In this document: in pieces, positions 1-12,826 of the stretch
Position numbering within the stretch: position 1 is the first letter of the stretch
Layout: each line of letters opens with the position of its first letter
Assembly: GCF_037042905.1 (NCBI RefSeq)
Contig: NC_087250.1
Location: 15,626,001-15,690,000 of the forward strand
Direction of reading: 5' to 3'
DNA length: 64,000 nt
From: Lytechinus pictus
Taxonomy: Eukaryota
The notes under the pieces: generated by a model
What the model was told of the DNA's origin: nothing
What the model saw: the letters and a program-made list of their open reading frames with translations, nothing else
Databases searched by the model: none
Position numbers and translations under genes: made by a program

Positions 1-480
1 GGATTTTAAGATGTAAAATGTGAAATTTAGCACTTTTTTTGTACAGTATTTTTTTTTTTTTTTTTTTTAAGCAGGAGCACGATATTTTGTAAACGTATTG
101 ACCCAGGCCTAGTTTCACCACAGATTAATTAATAGCTACACAGCTATTGCATATACGATGTTAAGAAAAATCTACAATTTATCATACATGTATTGTATTG
201 AATTGATTTGAGCTCCTCAAGGAGAGCAATTCTGAGGAGCTCAGTTGAGCTCAAAAAAATAAGGAGGGTGATTTATTGAGCTCCACAAAATTATAAATGT
301 GAAGGACTGGGTGAGTTATTAATAACTATTCTACTTATAGAGATACAGAATAAGGTCAAAGATATTGAACACCTAACATCAGTAGAGGTTCTTATCCTTA
401 GTAATAATCTTCTCAGGGTGAGTTATCAGAAACTATTCCACTTGTAGAGATACAGAATAAGGTCTAAGATATTGAACAAA

Positions 481-1145
481 AGGAGGTGGAGAAGAGGAGG
501 AGGGGGAGAAGAATAGGAGTGGGAGAAGAAAAGGAGGTGGAGAAAAGAAAGGAGGAGGGGAGAAGGAGAAGGAAAGGAGGGGAGAAGGAAAGAAGGAGGG
601 GGAGAAGAGAAGGAGGAGGTGGAGAAAAGAAGGATAGGAGGGGGAGAAGAGGAGGGGTGAAGGAAAGAAGGAGGGGGGAAGAAAAGGAGCTGGGAGAGAA
701 GAAGAAGAAGAGGAAAAAGAGGAGGGGTAGAGGAAAAAGGAGGGGTAGAGGAAAAAGGAGGGGAGAAGAGAAGGAGGAGGGGGGGGGGGAGGAGGGGAGA
801 AGAAGAGGAGGGGGAGAAGAGAAGGAGGGGAGAAAAGAACGAGGAGGTGAAGAAAAGATGGAGGAGGGGGAGAAGAAAAAGAGGAGGGGGAGAGAAGGAG
901 AAGGGGAAAAAGAAAAGGGGGAAAAGAGAAGGAGGGGGGGAGATGAGAAAGAGGAGTGTGAGAAGAAAAGGAGGAGGGAGAGAAGAGAAGGAGGAGGGAG
1001 AGAAGAGAAAGAGGATGGGGAGAAGAAAAGGAGGGAGGGAAGAGGAGGAGGAGAGGGAGAAGAAAATTAGGAGGGGAGAAGCAAAAGAGGAGGAGGGGAG
1101 AAGAGAAGGGGGAGGGGGAGAAGAGAATGAAGTAAATGTGGAAGA
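481..1145. repeat. Purine-rich (GA/GGA) low-complexity tract in a SHOC2 intron
   Basis: Almost only G and A on the + strand. Confidence 0.95.
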
Positions 1146-1310
1146 GGAAAAACAAATAAGATATGGAAGATGAATCACACTGACTGAAATGTTCATAATT
1201 ATATTCAAACATGAAATTTATCCATATCCTATATTGATATATTCTAATAAATCAGTAGTGTATAAAATCTCAAAACACAGTTGATGATATTAATTTCTAA
1301 ATTTTTGCAG

Positions 1311-1398
1311 AGACTTCCAAGCAGGATTGGGAACCTGAGTAGATTGAGAGAATTAGATCTTGAGGAGAACAAATTAGAAGCTTTGCCCTCTGAAATAG
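1311..1398 (+). CDS. SHOC2: SHOC2 internal exon
   Basis: ttttgcag acceptor, [29 protein letters not shown], gtgagt donor. Confidence 0.93.
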
Positions 1399-4300
1399 GT
1401 GAGTCCTAATTTGTTTTCTCAAGGGGGCTGTCACTCGCACCTGGGGGGGGGGGGTGGGGAGGTGTTTCACAAAGTTTCTGATATATATGGTAGGCCTCTT
1501 CTCTTAGATTACTTAACTGTTGTCATGGAAAATCCAGCATTTTCTATATTCCAGAATTTATTTTAATTTCAATTTCCATGAATTTAGCTTATTCAGGAAT
1601 AAAAAAAATTAAATGAATGTGAGTTTCTGCAAAGTGTATTTTTAAGCATATTTAGTGATTGAAATTCAGGATAAAACATATTAATATTGCTAGAAGAGTA
1701 TGTTTTTAATTTTGTCTGTCTGTCTGGTGACAGGGATTCTTATGATGTTTTATTTCATCACAAGCTAGGTCCAAAATGTTCTTATAAATAGTACAATTCT
1801 GTTATTGTATACAAAATTTGCACTGATGATATTCTATGAGTGGAGCATGAGGGTTGGAATTAACTTGAAATGCGCTGTAAGTAATTATGGCCGCCAAGCT
1901 ATAGCTGGGGTAATAATATCCAAGATCTATAGAGGTGCATAGAGACATTAGAATCATAATGTGATATGCGCTATACAAGAACTGTTTCTGTTTTTATCAT
2001 TATTCTAATTTATCTATACAACAAGGATTCAGCAGGATTATTTTTTCTCGAGCCAAACAAGTAAAATGGTATCTGTGTTCTTTTCTCAGCTTACCTGAAA
2101 GAGCTTCAGAAACTATCTGTGCAGACGAATCAACTTACGCAACTCCCAAGATCCATAGGGTAAGGGAGTTGTTCAAAGATATTACAGTGAGGGTGATTGC
2201 TGCGAGTGTGAGTGAGATCCACCCACCCCCTTTGGTTGGCAAACACGCCCTTTGAATTGCGACACACCCCATTTGAATTTAGACACACCCCTTTCATTGG
2301 CACACACCGCTTCCATTGAGAAACACACCCCCTTTGAATTTAGACACACCCCTTTGAATTTAGACACCCCTTTCATTGGCACACCCCCCTTCCATTGAGA
2401 CACTCCTTCCATTGAGACACACTCCCTTTCAATTGAGCCACACACCCCCTTTGAATTGGCACACACCCCTTCCATTGAGACACACACTCCCTTTGAATTG
2501 AGGCACACCCCCTTTGAATTGGCACACACCCCTTCCATTGAGACACACACTCCCTTTGAATTGAGACACACCCCCTTTGAATTTAGACACACCCCTTTCA
2601 TTGGCACACACCCCTTCCATTGAGACACACACTCCTTCCATTGAGACACACACTCCCTTTCAATTGAGACAACCCCTTTGAATTGGCTCACACCCCTTCC
2701 ATTGAGATGCACACTCTGAATTGAGACACACCCCCTTTCATTGGCACACACCCCTTCCGTTGAGACACACACTCCCTTTGAATTGAGTCACACCCTCTTT
2801 GAATTGAGACACGCCCTCTTTTATTGAGTCCCACCATTTCCATTGTAACACACCCCCTTTCATTGAGACACGTGTGATATAACAATCTTATTAGAAAAAT
2901 AATGTAGCCATACCCCATCACACACTTTGCAAACCTTCAAGGATTACCTGATGGCAGCATGGTTCAAATTCATCAATAAATTTGTCTATTTATTTTCACT
3001 CTTCCCTAGGCGACTCACAAATCTGATCTACTTGAAGGCTGGCGAAAACAATTTGTCGTCATTACCTGAGGAAATAGGTGAGTCAAATTTGCAAACAGTG
3101 GTGGTGCCCTCTCACGGAGCATTTCAAGAAAATTCAAATCAATTGCAAGTCAATTTTGGCTTCCAAAATCAATCATAATTTTTGCAATGAATCACAAATT
3201 TTTACTCAATTGCTGGTCTACACTTTGAAACAAGAAGTCAAGTTGATTCTCTACAGTAAAAACTGATGTATGATTTTTAGGGTAAATTTGCGAATTAGGG
3301 TAAATTTGCAAATATTTTCTTCCTAGATTCCATTAGCAATGGTTTACATGTAGGTAACTCAAGATGAACTTAATCTATACTGGTATGGAATGTGAATTTA
3401 CAACTCATTAGCTAAGGGAACTTGATCGATTGAAGGATTTATTGAAAATATCCATCCTCAATTACAATTGTTACAATGTATTTACAAGATACTAAGTCTT
3501 TGGTACTTTTAGCCGTATTACTGCTGTATAAGGGTGCTATGCGTCTTCTCATAGAGGCTTTTCCGCAATCCCCATTATTTGTCTGTGATGTAATGTGATG
3601 ATTGGTGATGAAAAGCTGCTTGCATCTGGAATTAATTTGCATATCTGCTTCTTAATGCATCAAGTTCAAAATGATTTTCTGCAGTGAAGATTGATGTCAT
3701 CTGATCTTTTACTTCTCTTTGTTATATTTCAGGCTCGCTGGAACAACTTCAACAACTCTACATTAATGACAATCACAATCTTAATCATCTCCCATTTGAG
3801 CTGGCGTTATGTTCATCACTACAGATAATGAGTATAGAGAATTGCCCTCTCTCACAGATACCGCCAGAGGTGGTAGCAGGCGGGCCGTCTCTCGTTATAC
3901 AGGTGAGCGAGATTTCCCTTCTATTCTCTAACTAGTATAGAGAATTACCCTCTCTCGCAGATACCGCCAGAGTTGATAGCAGGTGGGCCGTCTCTCGTTA
4001 TACAGGTGAGCAAGATTTCCTCTTCTAATCTGCTATTAAGTATAGAGAATTGGCCTCGCAGATACCGCCAGAGGGGGTAGCATGCGGGTTGTCTCTCGTT
4101 GTACAGGTGAGCAAGATTTCCTCTTCTAATCTGCTATTAAGTATAGAGAATTGCCCTCGCAGATACCACCAGAGGGGGTAGCATGCGGGTTGTCTCTCGT
4201 TATACAGGTGAGCAAGATTTCCTCTTCTAATCTGCTATTAAGTATAGAGAATTGCCCTTGCAGATACCGCCAGAGGGGGTAGCATGCGGGTTGTCTCTCG

Positions 4301-5196
4301 TTATTCAGGTGAGCATGATTTCCTCTTCTATTCTATTAGTATAGAGAATAGCCCTCTCTCGCAGATACCGCCAGAGGCGGTAGCAGGCGGGCCGTCTTTC
4401 ATTATACAGGTGAGCAAGATTTCCTCTTCTATTATCCTGTTAGTGTAGAGAATTGCCCCCTCCCATATTTATAATTTTCAGCTTTTTTTGTACTTTGCAC
4501 AAAAGTATAGGTGCTTTGCAATTTTAGCTATTTTAATATTTGGTCATTCGCACCTTCTATAATTTTGGGGGCGTCGTGGTCTAGTGCTTATGACTCTTGT
4601 CTTTCAATCTGAGGGAACGTGAGTTCAATTCCCAGCCATGGCGTGTGTTCCTTCAGCAAGAAATTTACCCACATTGTGTTGCTCTCAACCCAGGTGAGGT
4701 AAACGGGTATACCCGGTAGGAAGACATTCCTTGAATGCCAGAGGGCATGTTGGCCGCACGGCTATCGCCAGGCTAATAATGATTACATTATTGCAATGCA
4801 CAGTTGAGTAGGTGCATGTATCCACCTTGTTAGGTGCTCAAGGCCCTCCTATGTTGCCTCGGCTGAATATAGCTAGTCTCCCGATTCCGGTGCTCACAGC
4901 TTTTTGACGAATTACTTCCTGCCGGTACCCATTTACCTCATCTGGGTTGAGTGCAGCACAGTGTGGGTAAATTTCTTGCCGAAGGAAAACATGCCATGGT
5001 TGGAAATCGAACCCACGTCCCTTAGATTGAAAAACGCGAGTCTTAACCACTAGACCATGATGCCCCCATTATATACATGTACAGATAGAGAAATTGTGTA
5101 ATATAAATGTACAATTATAATTATTTTTTGTTCTGTGTCTTTTGTGTATAGTACCTGCGATACCAGGGCCCCTATCGTCACATGGTGTCACTCTGA
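1311..5196 (+). CDS. SHOC2: Leucine-rich repeat protein SHOC2/soc-2 homolog, 3' part (5' end outside window). Exons 1311-1398, 2090-2159, 3010-3077, 3733-3902, 5152-5196
   Basis: GT-AG exons join in phase to [146 protein letters not shown]. This matches the distinctive SHOC2 C-terminus ([30 protein letters not shown]). Confidence 0.95.
2090..2159 (+). CDS. SHOC2: SHOC2 internal exon
   Basis: ttttctcag acceptor, (A)[22 protein letters not shown](G), gtaagg donor. Confidence 0.93.
2240..2870. repeat. Intronic minisatellite, about 21-bp unit (ccctttgaattgagacacacc variants)
   Basis: Tandem degenerate copies. Confidence 0.9.
3010..3077 (+). CDS. SHOC2: SHOC2 internal exon
   Basis: ttccctag acceptor, [22 protein letters not shown], gtgagt donor. 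Confidence 0.93.
3733..3902 (+). CDS. SHOC2: SHOC2 penultimate coding exon
   Basis: atttcag acceptor, [26 protein letters not shown]...GGPSLVIQ, gtgagc donor. Confidence 0.93.
3831..4460 (+). repeat. About 101-103 bp tandem repeat made of a SHOC2 exon 3' end plus its splice donor
   Basis: Six copies of ...ctcgttatacag|gtgagc, the first being the real exon end. Confidence 0.93.
4567..4790 (+). mobile_element. tRNA-derived SINE
   Basis: A-box tggtctagtg, B-box-like gagttcaattccc, central caacccaggtgaggtaaa.gggta; related copies at 4815-5067(-), 12827-13070(+), 15650-15907(-). Confidence 0.8.
4815..5067 (-). mobile_element. tRNA-derived SINE, same family, opposite orientation
   Basis: Reverse complement begins ggggcatcatggtctagtggttaagac...gggttcgatttcc. 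Confidence 0.8.
5152..5196 (+). CDS. SHOC2: SHOC2 terminal coding exon
   Basis: tgtgtatag acceptor, [14 protein letters not shown], stop TGA. Confidence 0.9.
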   Translation, partial: YLRYQGPYRHMVSL

Positions 5197-6026
5197 TTTC
5201 AATGGAGACGCACCTTGGATATTATGCAAACAGTACCGTGTAAACACTCCCCAGACAACATTTAAGACTTGTGGTAATTTATGTGTATATTCCATTGAGA
5301 AACGCTGGCTGTGTTAACGCTGGGAACTATAATCGAACTGCAAACGTCAGTGTTTTTATTCTATGTGGACAGCAGGAGGACTGCGAGAGGGTTGCGAGGT
5401 GGAGATACTGTGAAGACATTCCACTGCACGCTCTGTTATGTTAATACAACTCCCGTGATGCAGCGCTGTGTTCAGACTGATTGAAAGTGAATACAACGAC
5501 CCTCCATTCATTACAGTAATGAGTGAAACATGTATGACATGTATGAACACATAGCAGGATACCAATGAGGATTTGGATTCACCATGAATATATGTTGTAC
5601 AAGACGATTTATTCCTGCAAGGGTGGCGAGCTGTGTTCAGACGTATCAGAAATAAATGGTCTGATTCTCCAATCGTTCTGGTAACAAACATTATGCCATA
5701 TAAAAACTCAAAAAGATCTTAGCAGAGGAAGGAATGATTATAACCATGTATCTGTGCACTGCAAGCGATTAGAATTCTACAATATATTTGTGTTCTTCTT
5801 TTTTTCCATTCGTGTGAACGCATCTTTGCAATGGCTTCGTTTCATCAGAGAATACATTAACCCAACAGGATTTGTGCTTCAGCAATAAAGAACATTATCG
5901 GAAGCTTTCGCATTTGGATGAAAATAATACGCTGTGAGCCTTCACGAGTTGGTCAGTTCCATCTTCAGAAGATTTCTATACCACTGAGAAAGGAAATGCA
6001 CCAGGCTCTTCAGTGATCTATTGCAG

Positions 6027-6171
6027 GGGCCCGTTGCAGAAAGAGTTGCAATCAATCGCAACTCTAAAAATCATGTGCAACTTAATTTTCAACCAATCAA
6101 CAGCACGAATTTGGGACTTGCGATCGATTTTTCAACTTGCGTTTAAATGCAACTCTTTCTGCAACGGGCCC
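6027..6171. mobile_element. Short MITE, PIF/Harbinger-like
   Basis: TIR gggcccgttgcagaaagagttgca, CAG duplicated on both sides. Confidence 0.75.
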
Positions 6172-6839
6172 CAGGCCTGCCAACTACTCATTTTTTTCCA
6201 GGAGTTACCCCGTTTTTTTAGATTTTTTTTATCAACCAAAAAGAGGAGCACTCCATTTTTCCATATATTTACTTGTGTGATGGGGTATACTGTATGGATG
6301 TGTGTATGGGTGTAAGAGTAATATCGTTTTTCAACCCTTGTAATTTCTCAATGTTTAACTATAAGAATGCTAAACATGTCTTAAAGTAAAAAGAAGTGAG
6401 GGAGACGCATCTGACATCGAGCGGAAAAATTCGCGCCACGCGACATTTTCAAATGTTGGCAGACCTGCTATTGGGTTTATATTCAATTGCTTTACATGCA
6501 GTTGATCTATTTCTCAGATAGTCTTAATAAGCCAGTTCGTAGTTCCTTTCTGCGCATGATCAAAAGATTCTACGCATGATCAGAGGAAGGTCATTTGTAC
6601 TAAAGTGACATGGTGGTTTAAAATCTAATGAGATAAGCACCAACTTTGATGTCTTGATTATTCATATATTCTTTTGAATTGTGGTTTTCATTTACATCCA
6701 CAAAAAACAACGATGCGTCCACGAACGACTGGTATTTCACAAAGTTGTCCATGAATTAACTACGAACTGGTCTATTGCTTTACATGCAGTTGATCTATTT
6801 CTCAGATAGTCTTAATACTAGAAGGGCTTAACTCTTTTG

Positions 6840-7103
6840 GGCCCCACCTTACAAAGAGTTACGATTGATCTGATCACTTGCAACTATGGACGGCCAGCAA
6901 CGTCAACATATAATATTCATGTTTGTTCAAATATTTTCTAACTATAATGTATATTCATGCATTCATTTTCTTGAAAATTCACTGTGCTCTTAGTTTACAA
7001 AGGACATTGTGCAAATTTCCTATAGAAAAAATTATGACAATGATGGATTTCCATAGAGTTACAATCGATTTGATCAATCGTAACTCTTTGTAAGACAGGT
7101 CCT
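6840..7103. mobile_element. MITE (second copy at about 14805-15072)
   Basis: TIR cttacaaagagttacgattgatc / gatcaatcgtaactctttgtaag. Confidence 0.7.
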
Positions 7104-7817
7104 TGGTCTACTATCAATGTAGTCTATTTGCTGTTCGGTCTACACTCCAGTTAGTCTGATATCAACCCAAGTCTAATTGCTACTGAGTCTAATGCCCCAG
7201 TCTATCTAATTTCCACTTTATGGTACGTTTGCTTGGTTAAATGGGTCATTTTAGAGGGCTGGGTCCATTGTTGTGACATACTCAGTATTGGACCATGAGG
7301 AAAGAGACCTTACGGCAAGTAGTCAATTTACCATTCATTCACCATTACTGTGCAAGATGTAACCGCTCCTTAAATATTCTGTTGTCAATGGTATTATGTA
7401 AATGCATTAGAAGCATTATAAATTATTTATCCTGCAGTCTGCTGTACTTGACCTCAGCTTCAATATCCTTTCAGTAAACAATGTCGTGCTGCACAATATG
7501 ATGCACAAAATATTGTTAATTTAAAGCTTCAGTGAAAAAAACAAAGAATAATTGACCGCTTGTTTTATCACTTCTGACGATATCATGAACAAAAATTTAG
7601 GTTTCAGGATGTGTGACATGTCACCCATAAAACCACAAATAAATCGCCAAGGAATGTTCTCCGGAAATATGCAAAAAATTAAGTAAGAATTTGAACATGT
7701 GCTTATATGAAAGAGTAATGCTTGTTAATGCTGTCCAAATAGAGTTGTTGTGTTAAATGGCAGACAAGAGTTTCTCTGAAACCACCTTTTTTCTGGACTT
7801 TTAAGTTTCACATAGAT

Positions 7818-8055
7818 CATGTTGGCTCAGTGGTAGAGCGTCCGCCTCATGAACGGGAGGTCGTGGGTTCGATCCCTGGCCGAGTCATACCAAAGGCTTA
7901 TAAAAATGGGACCTTCTGCCTTCTTGCTTGGCGCTCGGCATTTAGACTGGAGAAGGGTAATAATAACATTATTATGTTATGCAGGGCCCGCTTGTAGAGC
8001 AGTTTCCTAACTGAAGTGGCTACCCTGGGTAAAGAAAACATTATTATTATTATTA
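7818..8055 (+). mobile_element. tRNA-derived SINE, second family
   Basis: tggctcagtggtagagc...gggttcgatccc head and (tta)n tail; related head at 63831-64000. Confidence 0.78.
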
Positions 8056-10059
8056 TAGATTACTCGTACCTTGCTTGTGCACACATTGCAATCTCAGTGA
8101 AACTTCCACGCAGTCTGAAAAAAAATGTGTCCAAGAAACTCTTAAATTTCATCTTTTATTTTATTCTAAAACTTTAAATTTTGATGGTAGGAAGAAGCCC
8201 AATAACCCTTTCAAATAATTAATTTTCTTATTTCTACATTTTGTAAACCAAAATACTATTTTGGCCTTTGACATTTGAGTCTTAGAATATTTATTTTTTG
8301 TTTTGGGGGTGGCAAGTCACGTACAAGGTGTTAAGAAGAAATACTGAACTAAATGTTGTTCAGTATAGACAGGATATTATACAAATAGCGAATAGGCATG
8401 AGTGCGATGGTGCGAGATTTCGCATGAGGTGAAAGAAAGATGCTCTATTCAACGAGGCGTTAGCCGAGTTGAATAGAGCGTTTCTTTCTTTCACCGAATG
8501 CGAAATCTCGCACCATTGCACGAATAAGAATATTCGCTATTTGTGTTGTACAACGCCTCGGAATTTACCGAAAATATGAATCTATGAATTTACCGAAAAT
8601 ATAGTAATCTATGAAAAGGGAGCAAAAATACCGAAAGCAGAAAGCAAAATCCCACAAGCGCACATGACCTTGGGCAGCCTTGCGCATTTAGCAAGCAGGC
8701 TTATACGCGTATTGTTCATTTTTACTGAGCGCAATGAATTAAATCGTATCGTGACGTCACCTCCTAAAGCCGTGCAATGGTACATTTTGGACGGTACATT
8801 TTGGATGGTACGTCTTTTGTGCAACGGTACGAATGTTTGACATTCAGCCTCCCATTTGCTCGCGTACAACAAGCTAAGTAGGCGTTGTACAACATGAATT
8901 ATTTGCTATTGCTGAAGAAAATAACATAACTTTGGTTTCCCTTTTCCTTGGACACACTGAACTTCATATTACTGTTGTGGTATGCGACACACTGTACTTC
9001 ATACGTCTGTTGTGGCTTTCCTCCATAATATTGCCAGAGGTGTGAGTTACAAACATATTCAGTAGTTGAAGGTTCAAGCCCAGAGTCATAATACCTCAGG
9101 AGGAGACAATGAACTTTCAATTCGGCGGATTCACAATACGGTGCACCATCTCTCTGTTGCAGCGGACAGGCCGAAATTTGCAATACCTCTTGGGTAAAAG
9201 TTGACATCTGTTGCACGCGCTAGTACTTAAGTGCATGCATGCATGCAATTATTCAGTGCTAGCTGACGCGGCTCGACCGGATATGCTATTTATCAGAATC
9301 CAGGAGGTGGGAGAGAAATTTGTCCACATATTTTCTAAGCAAAATTTAGACCGTTTTTGGTGAATTCCTGCCATACGATTTGCATTTTTGAAGCATCACA
9401 GTCTCATTACAGTAAACTAGTACTGTGCGCTGCCTGTACCTGCGCACGATTTCGACTGTGTAGTTAGACAATTGGCCTGTTTGCTGCAACCGATAGATGG
9501 CGCACCATATTGTGAATCCACCGAATTCTGGGGTTAAACCAACATGTAGTTTGATCATCAAATTAACCACCAGAAGTATTGCGATTTATTGTGCTGTATC
9601 TCAGCATGGCTTGAATTTTCATGATGCAATAACCCTCTAATCTTCTACATGGCTTTTATGGTAATCTTGCTTTTGTCTACGATTTCATTTTTCCTTTGCC
9701 AAGTGAAGATGATTGGTAAAATGGAAATTAACTGTTACATTACGTCAGATATTCTTAAGTAAGATAGACATGTATGAAAATTAAACAGAACTTCTGCATT
9801 TTTCATGAAGATATGAAATAATATCCTAACTTTGTAGACCTAATAATTGGGCCGATCGAAAAAAACAAATTATTTAAACAAATAAGACACAATTTGTTTT
9901 AATTTTTTTTCTTCAAGGCTACTCTACCTTACAGTTTTAATATCTGTATTTAAGATGGCAGAAGGCAGTTCCCAGCTGCAAAGACGCATATTGAACTGTG
10001 TGAAAAAAATTACATCGCTAAAATGCTCAAATGAAACAATTTTATGATGGCATCACATT

Positions 10060-11375
10060 GTGTGCCACACTGTGAACACTGATACACTGTATTCAACATT
10101 GTTTAGATACTGTGGGATACATTATGAGATACACTGTATTTCACATTGTTTAGATAATGTGGACATTTGACACTGGAACAGTGAATTCCACACAGTGAAT
10201 ACACTGTATTTTACTTTGTGGGATACTGTGTTCTACATGTAAACTGTGAATACACCGTGGGATGCTGTATTCCACATTGTTTAGATAATGTGGACATTTG
10301 ACACTGGAACAGTGAATTTCACACAGTGAACACACTATATTTTACAGTGTGGGATACATGTCCTTCATGTAAACTGTGAATACACCGTGGGATGCTGTAT
10401 TCCACATTGTTTAGATAATGTGGATATTTGACACTTTGGAACAGTGAATTTCACACAGTGAACACACTGTGGGATACACTGTATTTTACATTATAAATAC
10501 GTTATGAGACACACTGTATTTTACAGTGTGGGATACTATGTTCTACATGTAAACTGTAAATACACTGTGGAACACTGTATTCGACATTGTTTAGATAATG
10601 TGGACATTTGACACTGGAACAGTGAATTTCACACAGTGAACACACTGTGGGATACACTGTATTTTACATTATAAATACATTATGAGACACACTGTATTTT
10701 ACAGTGTGGGATACTATGTTCTACATGTAAACTGTGAATACACTGTGGAACACTGTATTCCACATTGTTTAGATAATGTGGACATTTGACACTGGAACAG
10801 TGAATTTCACACAGTGAACACACTGTACTTTACATTATGAATACATTATGAGACACACTGTATTTTACAGTGTGGGATACTATGTTTTACATGTAAACTG
10901 TGAATACACTGTATTCCACACTGCTTAGATACTGTGGGAAATTCAACAATGTAGGACAGGGTATTTCACACGATGAACACACTGCCTTCCACACTGTGGG
11001 ATACACTGTATTTCACACTGAGTCAAACTTTGGGACACACTGTATTCCACAATGTGAACACCCTGTGAGATGGTGTGAACAAATCGTGTTCCACTCGTGA
11101 GCTATAGGATACTGTGAAATGTTGTGAGACACACTATATCTGAGACACGCTGTATTGCACGCTATTCCACACTATGGCCCCTATTCTCAAGAGTCTTCAA
11201 TTTTACCAACCCATGGGCTATGCAGATTTCGCGTGCATACTAATTGTACCATGGTAGAATGAAAACCTCTTTTCTGAACAGAGGACCCCATGGGATACAC
11301 TGAAATACACTGTGGAATACTGTGTACCACAGTCCACACTCTGAACACACTGTTCATTCCACCATGGTTACACAC
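10060..11375. repeat. Satellite-like array of cacactgt/acagtg motifs with a higher-order unit of about 180 bp
   Basis: Repeated cacattgtttagataatgtggacatttgacactggaacagtgaatttcacacagtgaa; similar motifs at 40610-40815 and 41870-42090. Confidence 0.85.
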
Positions 11376-12826
11376 TCCAAGCTCTGCCCTATAACTTGCA
11401 AGATGCTGTACGCTCTACATACAAAATAGCATCAATGGAAAATCAAGGCCCTTTTGCAGAAAAAGGAGATATTTTATCAATATTACTTGGACATTTGTAT
11501 AAACTGTACTAGGTATATGAGTGTTTATTATAGTTTGATATACAGTCTTTATACCGTCTTGTCATTTTAGTTTCTATGTCTGTGCAAAATCTCAAGTTTT
11601 TGTTGTTCTCCTGACTTTCATATACTGTATACATATGTAGGATATTTGGGAAAGAATTATGTGTATTGCCAATAATATCATGTACAAAGAACCACAGGAA
11701 TATGATCTTGTTATATATTGTGTTTTTAGAAGCAAGCTATATGTCTTACAGCGCCATCCTTTATCCATATTAATGGAAAGGTATTATGCTAAAATGAAGT
11801 ACCATTCTGAAGTATTACCAAGAATTATGCTCCATGTATGTCATTTTTTTTTTTTGGTTAAAAACCCCTATGATTATGATAATCATTAGTAGTATTATTA
11901 TATTTTCATCATGCAACTTTTCTTCTGTGAATTGGCTCAAAATATTCTTAACTTTCTTTGTCTTGCCTTCTACCAAATGGGTAAAACAAAAATGGCACCT
12001 CAAAAGGTTGTCCAGACCTGCCAACCAGTACGTTTTAGCCGTATTTAGTACGTTTTTGCAACCAAAATACGGCAGTACGTTTTTTTCTTTGAAAAATATG
12101 TTTTTTGTAAAAAAAAAATATATATATATATATATTTTTTTTTTAAAACCAAATCGTAATTTATTGAGAAAAATAATCTCTATATGTCTCTATTTCATAA
12201 AACGTGCACAAATATGGTTATTAGATCAATGTAATTTTAGGCAACTTGTTTTTTTTTTTCAATCATTTTGTTCAAACCAGGGTGAAGATATACACATGTT
12301 TTAATGTTTTTTTTTTCATCTGCAAGAGCAGTGCGCATTTTAGCTTGCATGCAGCTTGAGCGCCGCGATGAGCGAGTGCGCCAAGCATTTTATTATGAAA
12401 TACACTTTTTTGGGAAAAATACATTTTTTTAAATCACAGAATACAGTTTTTCATTCCCAGAGGTTGGCAGGTCTGGTTGTCACTTTTAATGAAGAAAACA
12501 TGTCATGAATACATGGCCTAAAAGAGTATCTTTTTCGAAATAGCTTGATTCCATTTTGTATGTGGTACTTCCAGAAAAACAAAATCCCCTGTCAACTTAG
12601 GCCATGGTCTAACTCTGAAAAAAAAAAATTATGGGAAGCCAACAATTTAAAGACTGCATTTACATCATGTGTTTTCTATATTGACTTTGCTAGTCAGTTA
12701 TGAATGGGTTGGATGTCAAATGAGTAAACAAATTGAACTTGTACTGTTAGATATACCTGACACAATTGGCTATCCATAGTTTATAAAGTTTTTGAATTTA
12801 TACAAGAGTTGAACTTGAAATTTGTT

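Noticed and set aside
426..1212. Long ORFs on both strands (260, 259, 194 aa)
   Set aside because: Artefacts of a GA-only low-complexity intronic tract that lacks stop codons.
2182..2921. Repetitive ORFs ([12 protein letters not shown]...)
   Set aside because: Translation of a minisatellite inside a SHOC2 intron.
7820..7890. Possible tRNA genes (also 62380 and 63835)
   Set aside because: tRNA-like heads continue into SINE bodies and tails, and no clean cloverleaf acceptor stem was evident.
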